A DNA stretch of 64,000 nucleotides from Candidatus Coatesbacteria bacterium (GTDB lineage: Bacteria > JAFGND01): positions 1 to 64,000 of the forward strand of contig JAFGND010000057.1 of the NCBI GenBank assembly GCA_016927185.1. Direction: 5' to 3'. Positions 1 through 10,600 of this stretch are shown here, piece by piece. The notes below the pieces were generated by a model, which did no database searches, was not told the origin of the DNA, and was given only the letters and a program-made list of their open reading frames with translations. The position numbers and the translations under genes are program-made. Every line of letters begins with the position of its first letter. Within the stretch, counting starts at the first letter, position 1.

Positions 1-19
1 TGAAAAGAGGAGATTTTCA

Positions 20-487
20 GTGAAATATTCAATAATACTTATTTTAACGATCTGTCTGTGCTTTTTTTCATGTGCAAGGAAAGAGCATAAGCCAACAATG
101 AAAGCTTCAATAACTGAGGATGGCAAACTGAAACTTTCTGACAAGAGCTTCAATCAACAGGTTGCAATGGATAAGGAAGAAGTAAAAAAGCTGATAGAAG
201 AACTGAAAATACCTTTATATCCGAATTTGACAATAGACAGCGGTATGATAAGGACAAGGGGAACTACTGTCACTTTCTGTCTGAATGCTTTATCCAAAGA
301 TTCACCTGAAACCATAGAGAAATATTACAAGGAGAAAATCCCGAGCATTATCAAATCTGTCACTACAGATGCAACTTCCATTGGCAATATCACGACAATA
401 AAGGGAGAAGGGGATATTTATCTTTTCACACTTAAATTAGCTAAGACAGAAGAAGGAACAAGTTTTTTTCTGTCAGGAAGAAAGTAG
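20..487 (+). CDS. Hypothetical lipoprotein
   Basis: GTG start with GAGGAG SD; hydrophobic leader ending in lipobox-like FFSC; YP...S-x-D-x-P...YY motif in the mature part. Confidence 0.75.
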   Translation: MKYSIILILTICLCFFSCARKEHKPTMKASITEDGKLKLSDKSFNQQVAMDKEEVKKLIEELKIPLYPNLTIDSGMIRTRGTTVTFCLNALSKDSPETIEKYYKEKIPSIIKSVTTDATSIGNITTIKGEGDIYLFTLKLAKTEEGTSFFLSGRK

Positions 488-618
488 AATTATCTGTTTC
501 AAAATCACTCAAATATTTGTAAATGGGTTTAACTTATAGCTAATGATTTTTAATGTTTATAGAACAATAATGAATGAATTTGAGTTTAAATTCTAAAAAA
601 AGTCTACAAGGAGGTATT

Positions 619-1884
619 ATGGGACAGAGTGTTATTCAGCAAATACTGTCAAGACACAGTGATCAGAAACCTGTTGTTGGAGATATCATATGGATGAATA
701 TAGATCTCAGGACTGCAAGGGACTTTGGAGGACCTAATGTAGTTGAGAACCTGGAGCATTATTTCGAGAATAACAAGAAAGTTGATGATATTTCCAAGAC
801 TTATTTTACGTTTGATACTGTTGCCCCAGCAAAAAATATTGGATATGCTGATAATCAGCATAAATGCCGCATGTTCGCATGGAAGGAAGGAATTAAAATA
901 TTCGATGTGGATCAAGGCATAGGTACTCATATAATGCTGGAAAAAGGTTATGTAGGACCAGGTTATACTGCCGTAGGAACTGACAGTCACTATAATATTC
1001 TTGGTGCAATTTGTGCTTTTGGTCAGGGAATGGGGGATCAGGATATTGCACTTGCTTTCAGGGCAGGCAGAGTATGGTATGAAGTACCTCCCTCTATGCT
1101 GGTTTCAATAAAGGGAAAACCAAGGGAACTTTTCTCTGCAAAAGATCTCACTCTGAAGGTACTTGGAAGGTTAGGGGCAAAAGGAGCTCTTGGAAGATGC
1201 ATAGAATACAAAGGTGAACCTGTTGATAAACTTGACCTGCCAGGGAGGATTACACTTGCCTCTATGGCAACAGAAATGGGTGCAATTTCAAGCTTCATAA
1301 TTCCTGATGAAGGAGTTCTGGAATTCTGCAAGAAAAGGATGGGTAAGCTCCCTTCCTTCATTCCAGAAATGGAAGAAAACGTTGATTATATAGAGAAAAT
1401 TGAGATTGATATAAATGATTGTATTCCACAGATATCAAGACCCAATCACCCCGAGGATGTGGTAAGTATTGATGAAGCAGCAGGTGCCAAGATTCACAGC
1501 GTGTTCATCGGCTCATGCACAAATGGAAGATTTGAAGACTTCGAAGCTGCTGCCAGATTGCTTGAAAAGCATAAGGTTGAACAAAGTGTTATGTGCAGAC
1601 TTGTTCCCTCAACAAGAGAAGTGTATGGACAGCTTCTTGAAAGCGGCTTGCTGAGAAAATTTTATGAAGCTGGTGCAATAATAAGCAATCCGGGTTGTGG
1701 TGGTTGTGCATCTGGACAGATTGGAATGACTGGAACAGGAGAGGTTCAGATTTCAACAAGTAACAGGAATTTCAAGGGTAAACAGGGAAACGGACTGACT
1801 TATCTGGCATCTCCGCTTATAGCAGCAGCTTGTGCAATCAAGGGTGAAATCGTTGATTACAAAACACTTTTAAATATGATGTAA
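619..1884 (+). CDS. Aconitase-family [4Fe-4S] hydratase large subunit (LeuC type 2 / HacA-like), divergent
   Basis: GTDSH, GSCTNGR, CGGC, STSNRNFKG and YLASP motifs; ATG at 619 preceded by AGGAGG SD. Confidence 0.9.
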   Translation: MGQSVIQQILSRHSDQKPVVGDIIWMNIDLRTARDFGGPNVVENLEHYFENNKKVDDISKTYFTFDTVAPAKNIGYADNQHKCRMFAWKEGIKIFDVDQGIGTHIMLEKGYVGPGYTAVGTDSHYNILGAICAFGQGMGDQDIALAFRAGRVWYEVPPSMLVSIKGKPRELFSAKDLTLKVLGRLGAKGALGRCIEYKGEPVDKLDLPGRITLASMATEMGAISSFIIPDEGVLEFCKKRMGKLPSFIPEMEENVDYIEKIEIDINDCIPQISRPNHPEDVVSIDEAAGAKIHSVFIGSCTNGRFEDFEAAARLLEKHKVEQSVMCRLVPSTREVYGQLLESGLLRKFYEAGAIISNPGCGGCASGQIGMTGTGEVQISTSNRNFKGKQGNGLTYLASPLIAAACAIKGEIVDYKTLLNMM

Positions 1885-1893
1885 GGAGGATTT

Positions 1894-2433
1894 ATGAAAC
1901 CTTCAATCCTGAAAGGAAAAGTCTGGATTTTGCGGGATTCCAATAATAAAATGATCAATAATATAGATACGGATATGATATTTCATAACAAGTATTTGCA
2001 TATAACCAACATAAATGAAATGGGACAATATGCACTTGATAATCTTGAAGGATGGACTGATTTTTCAAAAAAAGCTGAACCAGGTGATATACTTGTTGTG
2101 GGAGAGAATTTTGGGGCAGGAAGTTCGAGACAGCAGGCAGTTGACTGTTTCATTTCACTGGGAATTCAGGCTTTGATTGGTGAATCATTCGGTGCGATTT
2201 ACAAAAGAAATACCATCAATGCCGGTTTGCCATTGATAGAATCCCCTCATATAGGCGGTATGGAAGGCGATAAACTTAAAATGGAGAGTGGAAACGAAGT
2301 AGAGATAGACTTGCTCAACGGGACTATACTTAACAAGACAACTGGCAAGTCATACAAAGCAAATCCATTACCCGAAGTTGTTTATGAGATATATCAAAAC
2401 GGTGGAGTTTTTGAGTACGCAAAGAAGTTCTGA
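1894..2433 (+). CDS. Aconitase-family hydratase small subunit (LeuD / HacB-like)
   Basis: NIDTDMI, GENFGAGSSR and SFGAIYKRN motifs; GGAGG SD; adjacent to the large subunit. Confidence 0.9.
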   Translation: MKPSILKGKVWILRDSNNKMINNIDTDMIFHNKYLHITNINEMGQYALDNLEGWTDFSKKAEPGDILVVGENFGAGSSRQQAVDCFISLGIQALIGESFGAIYKRNTINAGLPLIESPHIGGMEGDKLKMESGNEVEIDLLNGTILNKTTGKSYKANPLPEVVYEIYQNGGVFEYAKKF

Positions 2434-2441
2434 TAGAAACC

Positions 2442-2482
2442 AGAAGCAGGCACTTGATGCTAAAAAGTGCTTGCCTTCTTTT
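2442..2482 (+). terminator. Rho-independent terminator after the hydratase small subunit
   Basis: GCAGGCACTT...AAGTGCTTGC imperfect stem followed by a T-rich tail. Confidence 0.6.
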
Positions 2483-2543
2483 AATTGACACGAAAGTAAT
2501 TAATGATAAACAATGGTTTCTTGTTTTAGAGAAGGAGATTTAT

Positions 2544-3866
2544 ATGGCAGCTAATCTTTCTTTGGCTGTGATCAGTTCCAGAAGGGAAGTAAGAAGAGAA
2601 ATAAGGGATATAGTAGTTTCGATTGGTTCCAAATGCGGCTTCAACCTTTTCTTCATTCTCAATTATGCTGATGCAGCAGATATCCTGAATTTCGAAATAC
2701 CTGAGCTTATAATTGCCGATTTTGCTGATCCAGTGCTTTCACCAGAAAAACTGCTTGAAGATCTCAAGGGTGAACCATGGTTGCAGACAGCTGGGATTAT
2801 TGGAATAGTTGAAGATATTCAGAGTGCACAACTGCCATCAAAGATACCCCAGGCTAATGTCATCAATGTAATAGACAGACGCTTCCTGAGCATATCTCTC
2901 CCCAGAATATTGAAAATCCTTCAAAGCAACAGGCAAATTCTAGCTCAGAAAGGAATAGTAAGCTCGCTCACTTCACAACATAGTGGATCTTTTACAATAG
3001 ATGTAAATAATGAAGATTTCGAGGGTTATATAAATCTTCTTACCAATTACCTTTATCAACAGGGAATAGTTTCGCTTAATAAATCTCAGGGACTTGCATT
3101 AGCTCTATATGAACTTATTATGAATGCAATAGAACACGGCAACTGCAGGATAACGCAGCAGGAAAAATCAAGCTATCTCAAGAATAACTGGGATGCATAC
3201 GGATTAATAAAGGAAAAGCTGCAAAATACTGAGATAGCGTCAAAGAAGGTTCATCTGGAATATGCATTTTATAACGATAGATGCGAATTCACTATAACAG
3301 ATGAAGGTGAAGGTTTCGATCATAAAACCGTACTGGAAAATATAAAAGAAGGCAAGATATTCGACAAACAGGGCAGGGGAATATACCTTGCCAAACAGAT
3401 GGTTGATGAAATAAGATATTCTGAAACAGGAAATCAGGTTACTATCAGCATAAAAAACCAATCCTTGCAGGAACCAAACAGCTTACCTGAAGGATTCATT
3501 AATGCTGAAGTAGTGAATTATGAAGAGGGAGACAAGGTGTTCTCTTATGGAGAAAGAGGATTGCATCTTTTCTATATAATAAACGGGAGTTTCGAGGTCA
3601 TAGTGAAAGAAAAGGTAATAAGCATATTAACAAAAGATGATCTGTTTTTTGGTGAGATGTCATTCCTGCTAAATTATCCAAGAACGGCAACCATAAAAGC
3701 AAAGACTGCAAGCAAGGTTTTGAAGATTGACAGGCAGCAGTTTTTCCAGACACTCAAGCATTATCCGAATTATGGACTTTTCCTTGCAAGGATGCTTGCA
3801 AAAAGGCTTGCAATAACAACTAAGAAATTATCTGGATTAGCTGATTCTGGAGAGCTTTCTACCTAG
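2544..3866 (+). CDS. Receiver-like + HATPase_c (RsbW-type) + cyclic-nucleotide-binding fusion protein
   Basis: PELIIAD receiver-like segment; ELIMNAIEHGN, ITDEGEGFD and GRGI boxes; FFGEMS...RTAT cNMP motif; AGGAG SD before ATG 2544. Confidence 0.85.
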   Translation: MAANLSLAVISSRREVRREIRDIVVSIGSKCGFNLFFILNYADAADILNFEIPELIIADFADPVLSPEKLLEDLKGEPWLQTAGIIGIVEDIQSAQLPSKIPQANVINVIDRRFLSISLPRILKILQSNRQILAQKGIVSSLTSQHSGSFTIDVNNEDFEGYINLLTNYLYQQGIVSLNKSQGLALALYELIMNAIEHGNCRITQQEKSSYLKNNWDAYGLIKEKLQNTEIASKKVHLEYAFYNDRCEFTITDEGEGFDHKTVLENIKEGKIFDKQGRGIYLAKQMVDEIRYSETGNQVTISIKNQSLQEPNSLPEGFINAEVVNYEEGDKVFSYGERGLHLFYIINGSFEVIVKEKVISILTKDDLFFGEMSFLLNYPRTATIKAKTASKVLKIDRQQFFQTLKHYPNYGLFLARMLAKRLAITTKKLSGLADSGELST

Positions 3867-4638
3867 TCTTCTTGAGAAATACATTCACTGAATCAACTGA
3901 GATTCCTGCAAGGACACCTAGAGCTCCCTTCATATGATAATTAGGTTTGGAAGAAGCCCAGTCACTGTAAGATCTCAGATAATCCCACAAGGATTTGTCA
4001 ATTGCATAGATTTTTATAACCTGATTTCCCCAATACCAGAAAAAGAATGCAGGAATCTCGATAGAAGTTATTTCCTTCTTGATAATGAAAAACGGGATCT
4101 GGTCTTTTTCTGCATTTTCCTTTCTCATTTCCTCGAAAGTGCTATCTATAGGGATTTTTATCTCGTCGCGGCATATGACTGTCAACATATATCCATAGCA
4201 ACTATCGCAAGCTGACCATTCCAAAGGAATTGGCTCCTCTATGCTGATTGTGTCTGAAGGGGCCTTGGTTATTTGTATCTGTGAAGGAATGAGTGTCTGT
4301 CCTGTAGCATGGAAGTCTTTTGCAAAGATTTCTATATTGTAAGTCTCTCCAGGAAGAGGTTTGATTGGAGACGTATAAGATCCCTTTCTGGTCTCCGATT
4401 CTTCAAGCATGAACTTATTATCTTTTGTTGTTATATATATTTTTGCGTCTGAAATAGCAACAGCTAGTGAATCATACTTCTGACCTATATCTACTGATTC
4501 AGAAAGTCTGATATTGGTTATTTGCTGCTCAGGATAGAAATATCCCCTCACTATAAGCTGGGGAACATATTCCTCATCAAAGCAATTCAGCAAAACAAAT
4601 GATAAAAGGATAACAAAAAAAATCTTCTTCTTTTTCAT
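3859..4638 (-). CDS. DUF4249-like lipoprotein
   Basis: Lipobox LLNC; C-terminal GALGVLAG motif; in an operon with a TonB-dependent receptor. Confidence 0.75.
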   Translation of the reverse strand: MKKKKIFFVILLSFVLLNCFDEEYVPQLIVRGYFYPEQQITNIRLSESVDIGQKYDSLAVAISDAKIYITTKDNKFMLEESETRKGSYTSPIKPLPGETYNIEIFAKDFHATGQTLIPSQIQITKAPSDTISIEEPIPLEWSACDSCYGYMLTVICRDEIKIPIDSTFEEMRKENAEKDQIPFFIIKKEITSIEIPAFFFWYWGNQVIKIYAIDKSLWDYLRSYSDWASSKPNYHMKGALGVLAGISVDSVNVFLKKTR

Positions 4639-5417
4639 TTCTCTTCCTTCTTCAAATAGAGATATATTGAGTCCTCGCTATATGAACCAAATACACCAAG
4701 ACATCCATTTATATGACATATTGGCTCAATATTGCTTTGTTCTTCAGCAGAACGCATGAAGTCAAAATAGTTTCTGTCTATTGCCTTTACTGATATCCTG
4801 TGTTTTCCATACCACATGAATTCAATTGATGTAAGATTGAATTTAGTTACATTTTTATCAATGAGATAGGATTGAACATCAGACCTTCCTTCTCTAGTAA
4901 ATTCCTCATAATCTTCATCAATTGCTTCCCTTTTATCGGGATCTTCAAGATTTTTTATTGAAACAAGATATCCCGAATGATATTTGCTGGGAAACCAGCT
5001 CAGGTTTATATTATCATATATTGTAATCGTGTCCGGATAAGTCCCCAGTAATTTCAAGGTATCAGGGATGACTGTCCTGGATGTTATGAAAAATGTATCG
5101 ATTTTTATCTCCAGATAGCAGGTTTCATTTGCAGTGAATTGAACACCTCTGTAAATATATAATCCAGGTTTTTCCTCATTCAACCTGCATTTTTCATTCC
5201 CGTGTTTGAACAAAACATTTGCACCACTAACTCCTAAGCCAGTTTCATCAAGTTTTTCCCCTATTTGTTCAGCATAATTCAGCTTCAGGTCAGTTGTCTC
5301 ATGCCTGCTCTTAAGAAAACTTGAAACAACAAGCTGTTGTTGAAACTGCTCATCAGTTGTCTGGCAACTGCAGAAACAGAATACAACTAATGCAACTAAT
5401 AGATATTCTTTCATCAA
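4635..5417 (-). CDS. DUF4249-like lipoprotein
   Basis: Lipobox FCSC; HINGCLGVFGS C-terminal motif; paralog of 3859-4638. Confidence 0.75.
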   Translation of the reverse strand: MMKEYLLVALVVFCFCSCQTTDEQFQQQLVVSSFLKSRHETTDLKLNYAEQIGEKLDETGLGVSGANVLFKHGNEKCRLNEEKPGLYIYRGVQFTANETCYLEIKIDTFFITSRTVIPDTLKLLGTYPDTITIYDNINLSWFPSKYHSGYLVSIKNLEDPDKREAIDEDYEEFTREGRSDVQSYLIDKNVTKFNLTSIEFMWYGKHRISVKAIDRNYFDFMRSAEEQSNIEPICHINGCLGVFGSYSEDSIYLYLKKEEK

Positions 5418-7606
5418 AATTCAGCTCTTATCCCTGCAGAAGGCAGGAAAGGCAACATTGTGAATTCTTCCTTTGTTGGCGGGTTAGTATCGAAATTATA
5501 GAAGATATCCATGACATTCTTGTGATTATAAACATTAAGCACCTGTATATGAGCTTTGAAATCAATTCCTTTCCACTTGAATGCCTTGGAGAAACCAACA
5601 TCAAGGCGGTGATAGATTGGTAATCTGCCTCCGTACATATCACCAGGAATAACCATCTCGAATTCATCGTCAGGAATTTCCTGATAGTAGTATCCTAAAG
5701 ACCTCGTATAAGGTTGCCCAGTTGCGAATTTGAATGCGGCTGAAGCAACCCACTTTTTCCCTAACTGGTAATCTCCAGTGAAATCGAAGTTAAATCTTTT
5801 ATCATGTCTGGGATAGAATCTCTTTTCATCATTGAAATCATTCAGTTTTTTGGTTGTCCATGATAATGCAGTAGAAACCTTATAGCTGAGTCTTCCTATG
5901 TTTAGTTTTTCTGCACTTAGCTCTACTCCATAAGAATAACCAGTGCCATGGTAAAAGAAATCTGCAAGCTCTTGTGGATCTTCAACTCTGTCATTGAATT
6001 CAACAACATTTTTCATGTCCTTGAAATAAGCTTCCAGCTCCCAGTCATGTTCAATAAAACGTTTCCATTCAAGCCCGGTTATATAATGATAAGCGCACAT
6101 TGGTTTTACAGATTCATCAATCGGAAACCAGTAATCAAGCATTGAGAAGTAACCTTGCCTGCCTGATGTAGGATTCACAACATGAAGGAATTGATAATAT
6201 AAACCCCAGGCTCCCTTTATTGCCATGAATGGACTCAGGAAGTATTTTGCCCCAATTCTTGGAGACGGTTTCAGGTATTTCCCGGAAGTGAAATAGTCAA
6301 GTCTTCCTCCAGTTTCCAGTATCCATTTATCAGCGTATTGGTATTTATTCTGCAAATACATTCCCGTATAGTATGAAGTATCTTCATATGCTACATAATC
6401 AGTCTCCTGGAATTTCTCATTGAAATAGAAAGAATTCCATTTCAGCCATGAACCTGCCTTGAAACTCAGGTTGTTTCTTGGAAAATATTCGAAATCCAGT
6501 CTTCCTGTCAAATCCTTGACACCATTATCAATGACAAAGTCAGAGCCAACTAGAATATCAGACTTGTACTTGGATGCGCACAGAGAAAGAGTTGAAAGAA
6601 CTTGTGGGTTATATAAATGATCCCATGCAGCTGAACCTACAATATTCCCGAATCTCCAATCCATTTCACTTGTCAAGAACTCGTATGTCAGATGATCATC
6701 TCCATAATATCCAGAAACTCTTATCTTGTCATTTCTTCCAAGCTGGGAAGTGATTTTTCCATTAAGATCATAGAAGTAGTAGGGGAGTTTGTCCTGCATC
6801 AATGCTGTCAGGAAATCCAGATAGGTTCTCCTGCCAGATACAAGAAAAGAACCAGTTGGTATTGGACCTTCCAGAGACAAGCTTGAAGCAATTAATGAGA
6901 GACTTGCATCTCCGTGAAATTCCTTCTTGTTTCCCTCCTTGTTGAGAACGTTAAGTACTGATGAAGTTCTGCTCCCAAATTCGGCTGGAAAACCACCTTT
7001 CAGGAATTCAACATCCTGTATTGCATCCATATTGAATGTGGAAAAAACACCAAACAAGTGGGATACATTATAAATTTCTATACCATCCAGCAATACAAGG
7101 TTCTGGTCAGGAGTTCCACCTCTTACATATAATCCACTTGAAAAATCACTTACTGCTGTAACTCCTGGAATTACCTGAAGAGATCTGAACAGGTCAGGTT
7201 CAATCATCTGGGGCTGATCCCTCAGCTCATTCGGGGAAAGGATCTCTCTTGATATATTTACCTGAGTCTTGTCATCCTTCTTCTTGTAAACTACTGTTTC
7301 CCTTATTTCTCCGATTTTAGCTTTCAGTGCAGCATTAATCTGCTGGTTTGATCTCTCAGATAAAGTTATATTCACGAACGAATCAGTATATGAACCTCTC
7401 GAGAACCTTATTGTATACTGTCCAGCTTTCAAGTGAATTATATAATAAGCTTTTTCATTTGCCATTGTGTTGATATCTGTTCCTTCAACAAAAACAGATG
7501 AAAAAGGTAATGGTTCTCCAGTTCTTTCATCCTTTATATAACCTGAAATGGTTGCACTAGTCAGGTAATTTGCAAGGATAAAAATAATCAAAAAAATCAT
7601 TTTCAT
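5414..7606 (-). CDS. TonB-dependent receptor with N-terminal CarboxypepD_reg-like domain
   Basis: Signal peptide; GYIKDERTGEPL; plug motifs LYVRGGTPDQN and KGGFPAEFG; C-terminal F. Confidence 0.9.
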   Translation of the reverse strand: MKMIFLIIFILANYLTSATISGYIKDERTGEPLPFSSVFVEGTDINTMANEKAYYIIHLKAGQYTIRFSRGSYTDSFVNITLSERSNQQINAALKAKIGEIRETVVYKKKDDKTQVNISREILSPNELRDQPQMIEPDLFRSLQVIPGVTAVSDFSSGLYVRGGTPDQNLVLLDGIEIYNVSHLFGVFSTFNMDAIQDVEFLKGGFPAEFGSRTSSVLNVLNKEGNKKEFHGDASLSLIASSLSLEGPIPTGSFLVSGRRTYLDFLTALMQDKLPYYFYDLNGKITSQLGRNDKIRVSGYYGDDHLTYEFLTSEMDWRFGNIVGSAAWDHLYNPQVLSTLSLCASKYKSDILVGSDFVIDNGVKDLTGRLDFEYFPRNNLSFKAGSWLKWNSFYFNEKFQETDYVAYEDTSYYTGMYLQNKYQYADKWILETGGRLDYFTSGKYLKPSPRIGAKYFLSPFMAIKGAWGLYYQFLHVVNPTSGRQGYFSMLDYWFPIDESVKPMCAYHYITGLEWKRFIEHDWELEAYFKDMKNVVEFNDRVEDPQELADFFYHGTGYSYGVELSAEKLNIGRLSYKVSTALSWTTKKLNDFNDEKRFYPRHDKRFNFDFTGDYQLGKKWVASAAFKFATGQPYTRSLGYYYQEIPDDEFEMVIPGDMYGGRLPIYHRLDVGFSKAFKWKGIDFKAHIQVLNVYNHKNVMDIFYNFDTNPPTKEEFTMLPFLPSAGIRAEF

Positions 7607-7679
7607 ATTCTCTCCAGAGTAATTAGATTGGTATGCTGCAATATCTCAAAAATTTCAGTCAAGAGCTGAAATGAAAACA

Positions 7680-10600
7680 CTATCCTTTTGTAAAGTAATT
7701 AATATCTTTGCTCTTGTTCTTTGTTTCCTCAAATGGTGTGTCCAGATTTTCTGGCAAATGTCCTCTCTTGGAAGTGAGATCATCAAAAGTTGCAACAAGG
7801 GCAGGAATCATGAATAAGGTAAGCAAAGTGGAGAAACTTAATCCCCATGAAAAGCATATAGCCATAGGTCTGAATGTCTCATTTGTTCCACCAAGATTCA
7901 AAGCCATTGGAACTAATCCGGATAATGTTGTTATGCTTGTAAGAAGAATAGGTCTTAATCTGAGAGCTCCTGCCTGTATTATAGATTCCCATCTGTTTAT
8001 GCCCTTAAGCCTTGCTTGATTTATGAAGTCAACAAGAATAATGGAGTTATTCACGACAACACCTGCCAATGCGATGATTGAAATGAGAGCATTCAATGAA
8101 ATAGGAAGCTGGCTTATGTGCAATCCCAATGTAACTCCCACGAATGCGAAAGGAACTGTTATCATGACAATCAATGGTTGATAAGCATTCCTGAACTGGG
8201 TAGCCAGAATACCAAAGATAAGAAGAATCGCAATAATGAAAGCTTGACCAAGACTGCTGAAGGATTTTGCCTGTTCTTCTGCTCGCCCACCATACCTGAG
8301 TCTGTAACCAGGATTCTCTTTTTCAAAATCCTTGTATTTCTCCATTATATATCTATTTGCTTTGTCAGAAGTCAGTTTGCCTTCAACATTTGCCAGAACT
8401 CTTATCATTCTGGTCTTGTTGTAATGCTCTATCCTGGTAGGTCCTCTGATTGTCTTTATGTCAGCAAGATCAGCGACCATAACATATTCTCCAGTTTTTG
8501 TAGGGATTTTTAATGATTTTATTTCTTCAGCGTCCCTTACAAATTTCTCATCGTATTTTACCAGAATTTCAACTTCTTCATTATTTCTTGTAAAGAATGA
8601 TCCGGGAATTACTCCTTCAACTGCCTGTCTTATTGATGTGGCAATTTCTGTATAATTCAAGCCGTACTGACGAAGTCTTTCATGATAGGGGATTATCCTC
8701 AACTCCATTTTCCCTTCTTCATAAGTTGAAGACAGATCAGCAATCCCTTCCATCTTTTCCAGATCAGATTTTATTCTTTCAGCATATTCATTGAGTTTTT
8801 CCAGATCGTCTCCAAGAACTCTTATTTCAACAGGTCTCCCTGCAGGAGGACCATCCAGTCTCTGATAGAATTCATATCTCTTTATCATACTCAATGTATT
8901 CATGAATTTCCTTATTTTTGTCATCAGCTGTTCATTATTGAGAGTTCTCTTTTCTTTTTCAGGCAAGTCTATATTAATCTGTGCGTTCTGATAGCCAGTG
9001 CTTGCACCCATACCGCCTTCTTTGTATCCAACAAATGTAGTTAAATTCATGATTTCAGTTTCGGGATACTTGCTCAGTTCATGTTCTATTATTCTGGTTA
9101 CCGAGTCAGTATATTCTAGTTTGGTTCCGATTGGCATATCAAACTGGAGAACCAGATAATCCCTTTCTATTTCAGTATATAATCTGATATCAAGGAATCT
9201 CATGGACATAGCAACGGCTGAAGAGAAGACAACTACCGTAATGATAAGTAAATACCTTTTTCCTATAACCCATAAAAGAGCTTTCTGATAGTAGACAACA
9301 AGCAACTCAAATCCTTTTTCTGCTCTTCTTGTTACTATCATTTCAAGCTCATCCAGAAGGAATTTCAGGATTTTAAGAATTCTTTTAATCAGCCAGATTG
9401 TACCTGTTATCGGGAGAAGGGCAAAGAAAGCTAGCCACATCTTTCTGCCCCAAGGTTTTGGTGTTTTTTTGGTTTCGTGTTCGTGCATGAAAAGTGCTAC
9501 CAGATTGGGTAGAAAGAGCAGTGCCTGACCCATTGAAGACAGGAGTGCCATATTGACAACCATTGGGAATACTGCCATCATTTTTCCCATTCTTCCTGAC
9601 ATCATTAAAATAGGACTGAAGGCAAAAATAGTTGTAAGTGTAGATGAGAAAACTGGCCAGATGACCTCCTGGGCACCTTCAATAGCTGCTTCTCTTGCAG
9701 GCAGTCCCTTTTTGATGTACCTGTTGATATTGTCAATTATTACTATGGAATTATCTACAAGCATTCCCGAAGCAAGAAGAAGAGCAAAGAGTGAGAATGA
9801 TGAGAAAGTGTAATCAGTAAGATACATGAAGATAAAAGTAACAAGGAATGAGAATGGAATGGCAAATGTAGTCAAGCTTGCATTTTTCCAACCCAAAAGG
9901 AGAAATAATGCCACTGCTACAAGCAGCATTCCCAGATACATATTATTGACAAGAATTCCGATAACCTTATTTACCTCATGACCCATGTCATTTCTGAATG
10001 TTATTCTTGTATCAGGATAAGTGTTTTCGAATTCCTTTGCATCTTTTCTTACATTATTCACAACATCAATAATATTTGAATCTGACTGCTTGAAGATGCG
10101 TAACAAAAGTGCTGGATTCATGCTTTCCCTTGTCAGGATGTTTTTCTTTTCAAGCCTGAATGTAGTTCTTGCAATATCTTTTATCTTGATAAGACTGGCT
10201 GGGGAGCTTTTAACAATGACATCATTTATCTGTTCAGGAGATTCGAATTCTCCCATTACCCTTATTACGTATTCTTGTTGTCCGCTATATATATTGCCGG
10301 ACGGCAGATTGTAGTTTCGAAGTTTAATCGCATTCACAACATCATTCTGTGTAACACCGTATTGCTCAAGAAGCGCAGGATTAAGCTCTACCCATGCCTG
10401 GCGTTGCTCACCTGCTGCACTAAGTCTTGTAAATGAAGATGCAATATTTACCTGACTCACTCCAGGAGTGCTTTGCAACTTGTCTCTCATTTTCTCAGCA
10501 ATTTCCTGTATCCGCAAATCCGAGTAAGGTCCTGACAATGCGATATCAATAATGGGGATGAATTTCGATAAATCAGCATTAAAGGAGACAGGTTGCTGTG

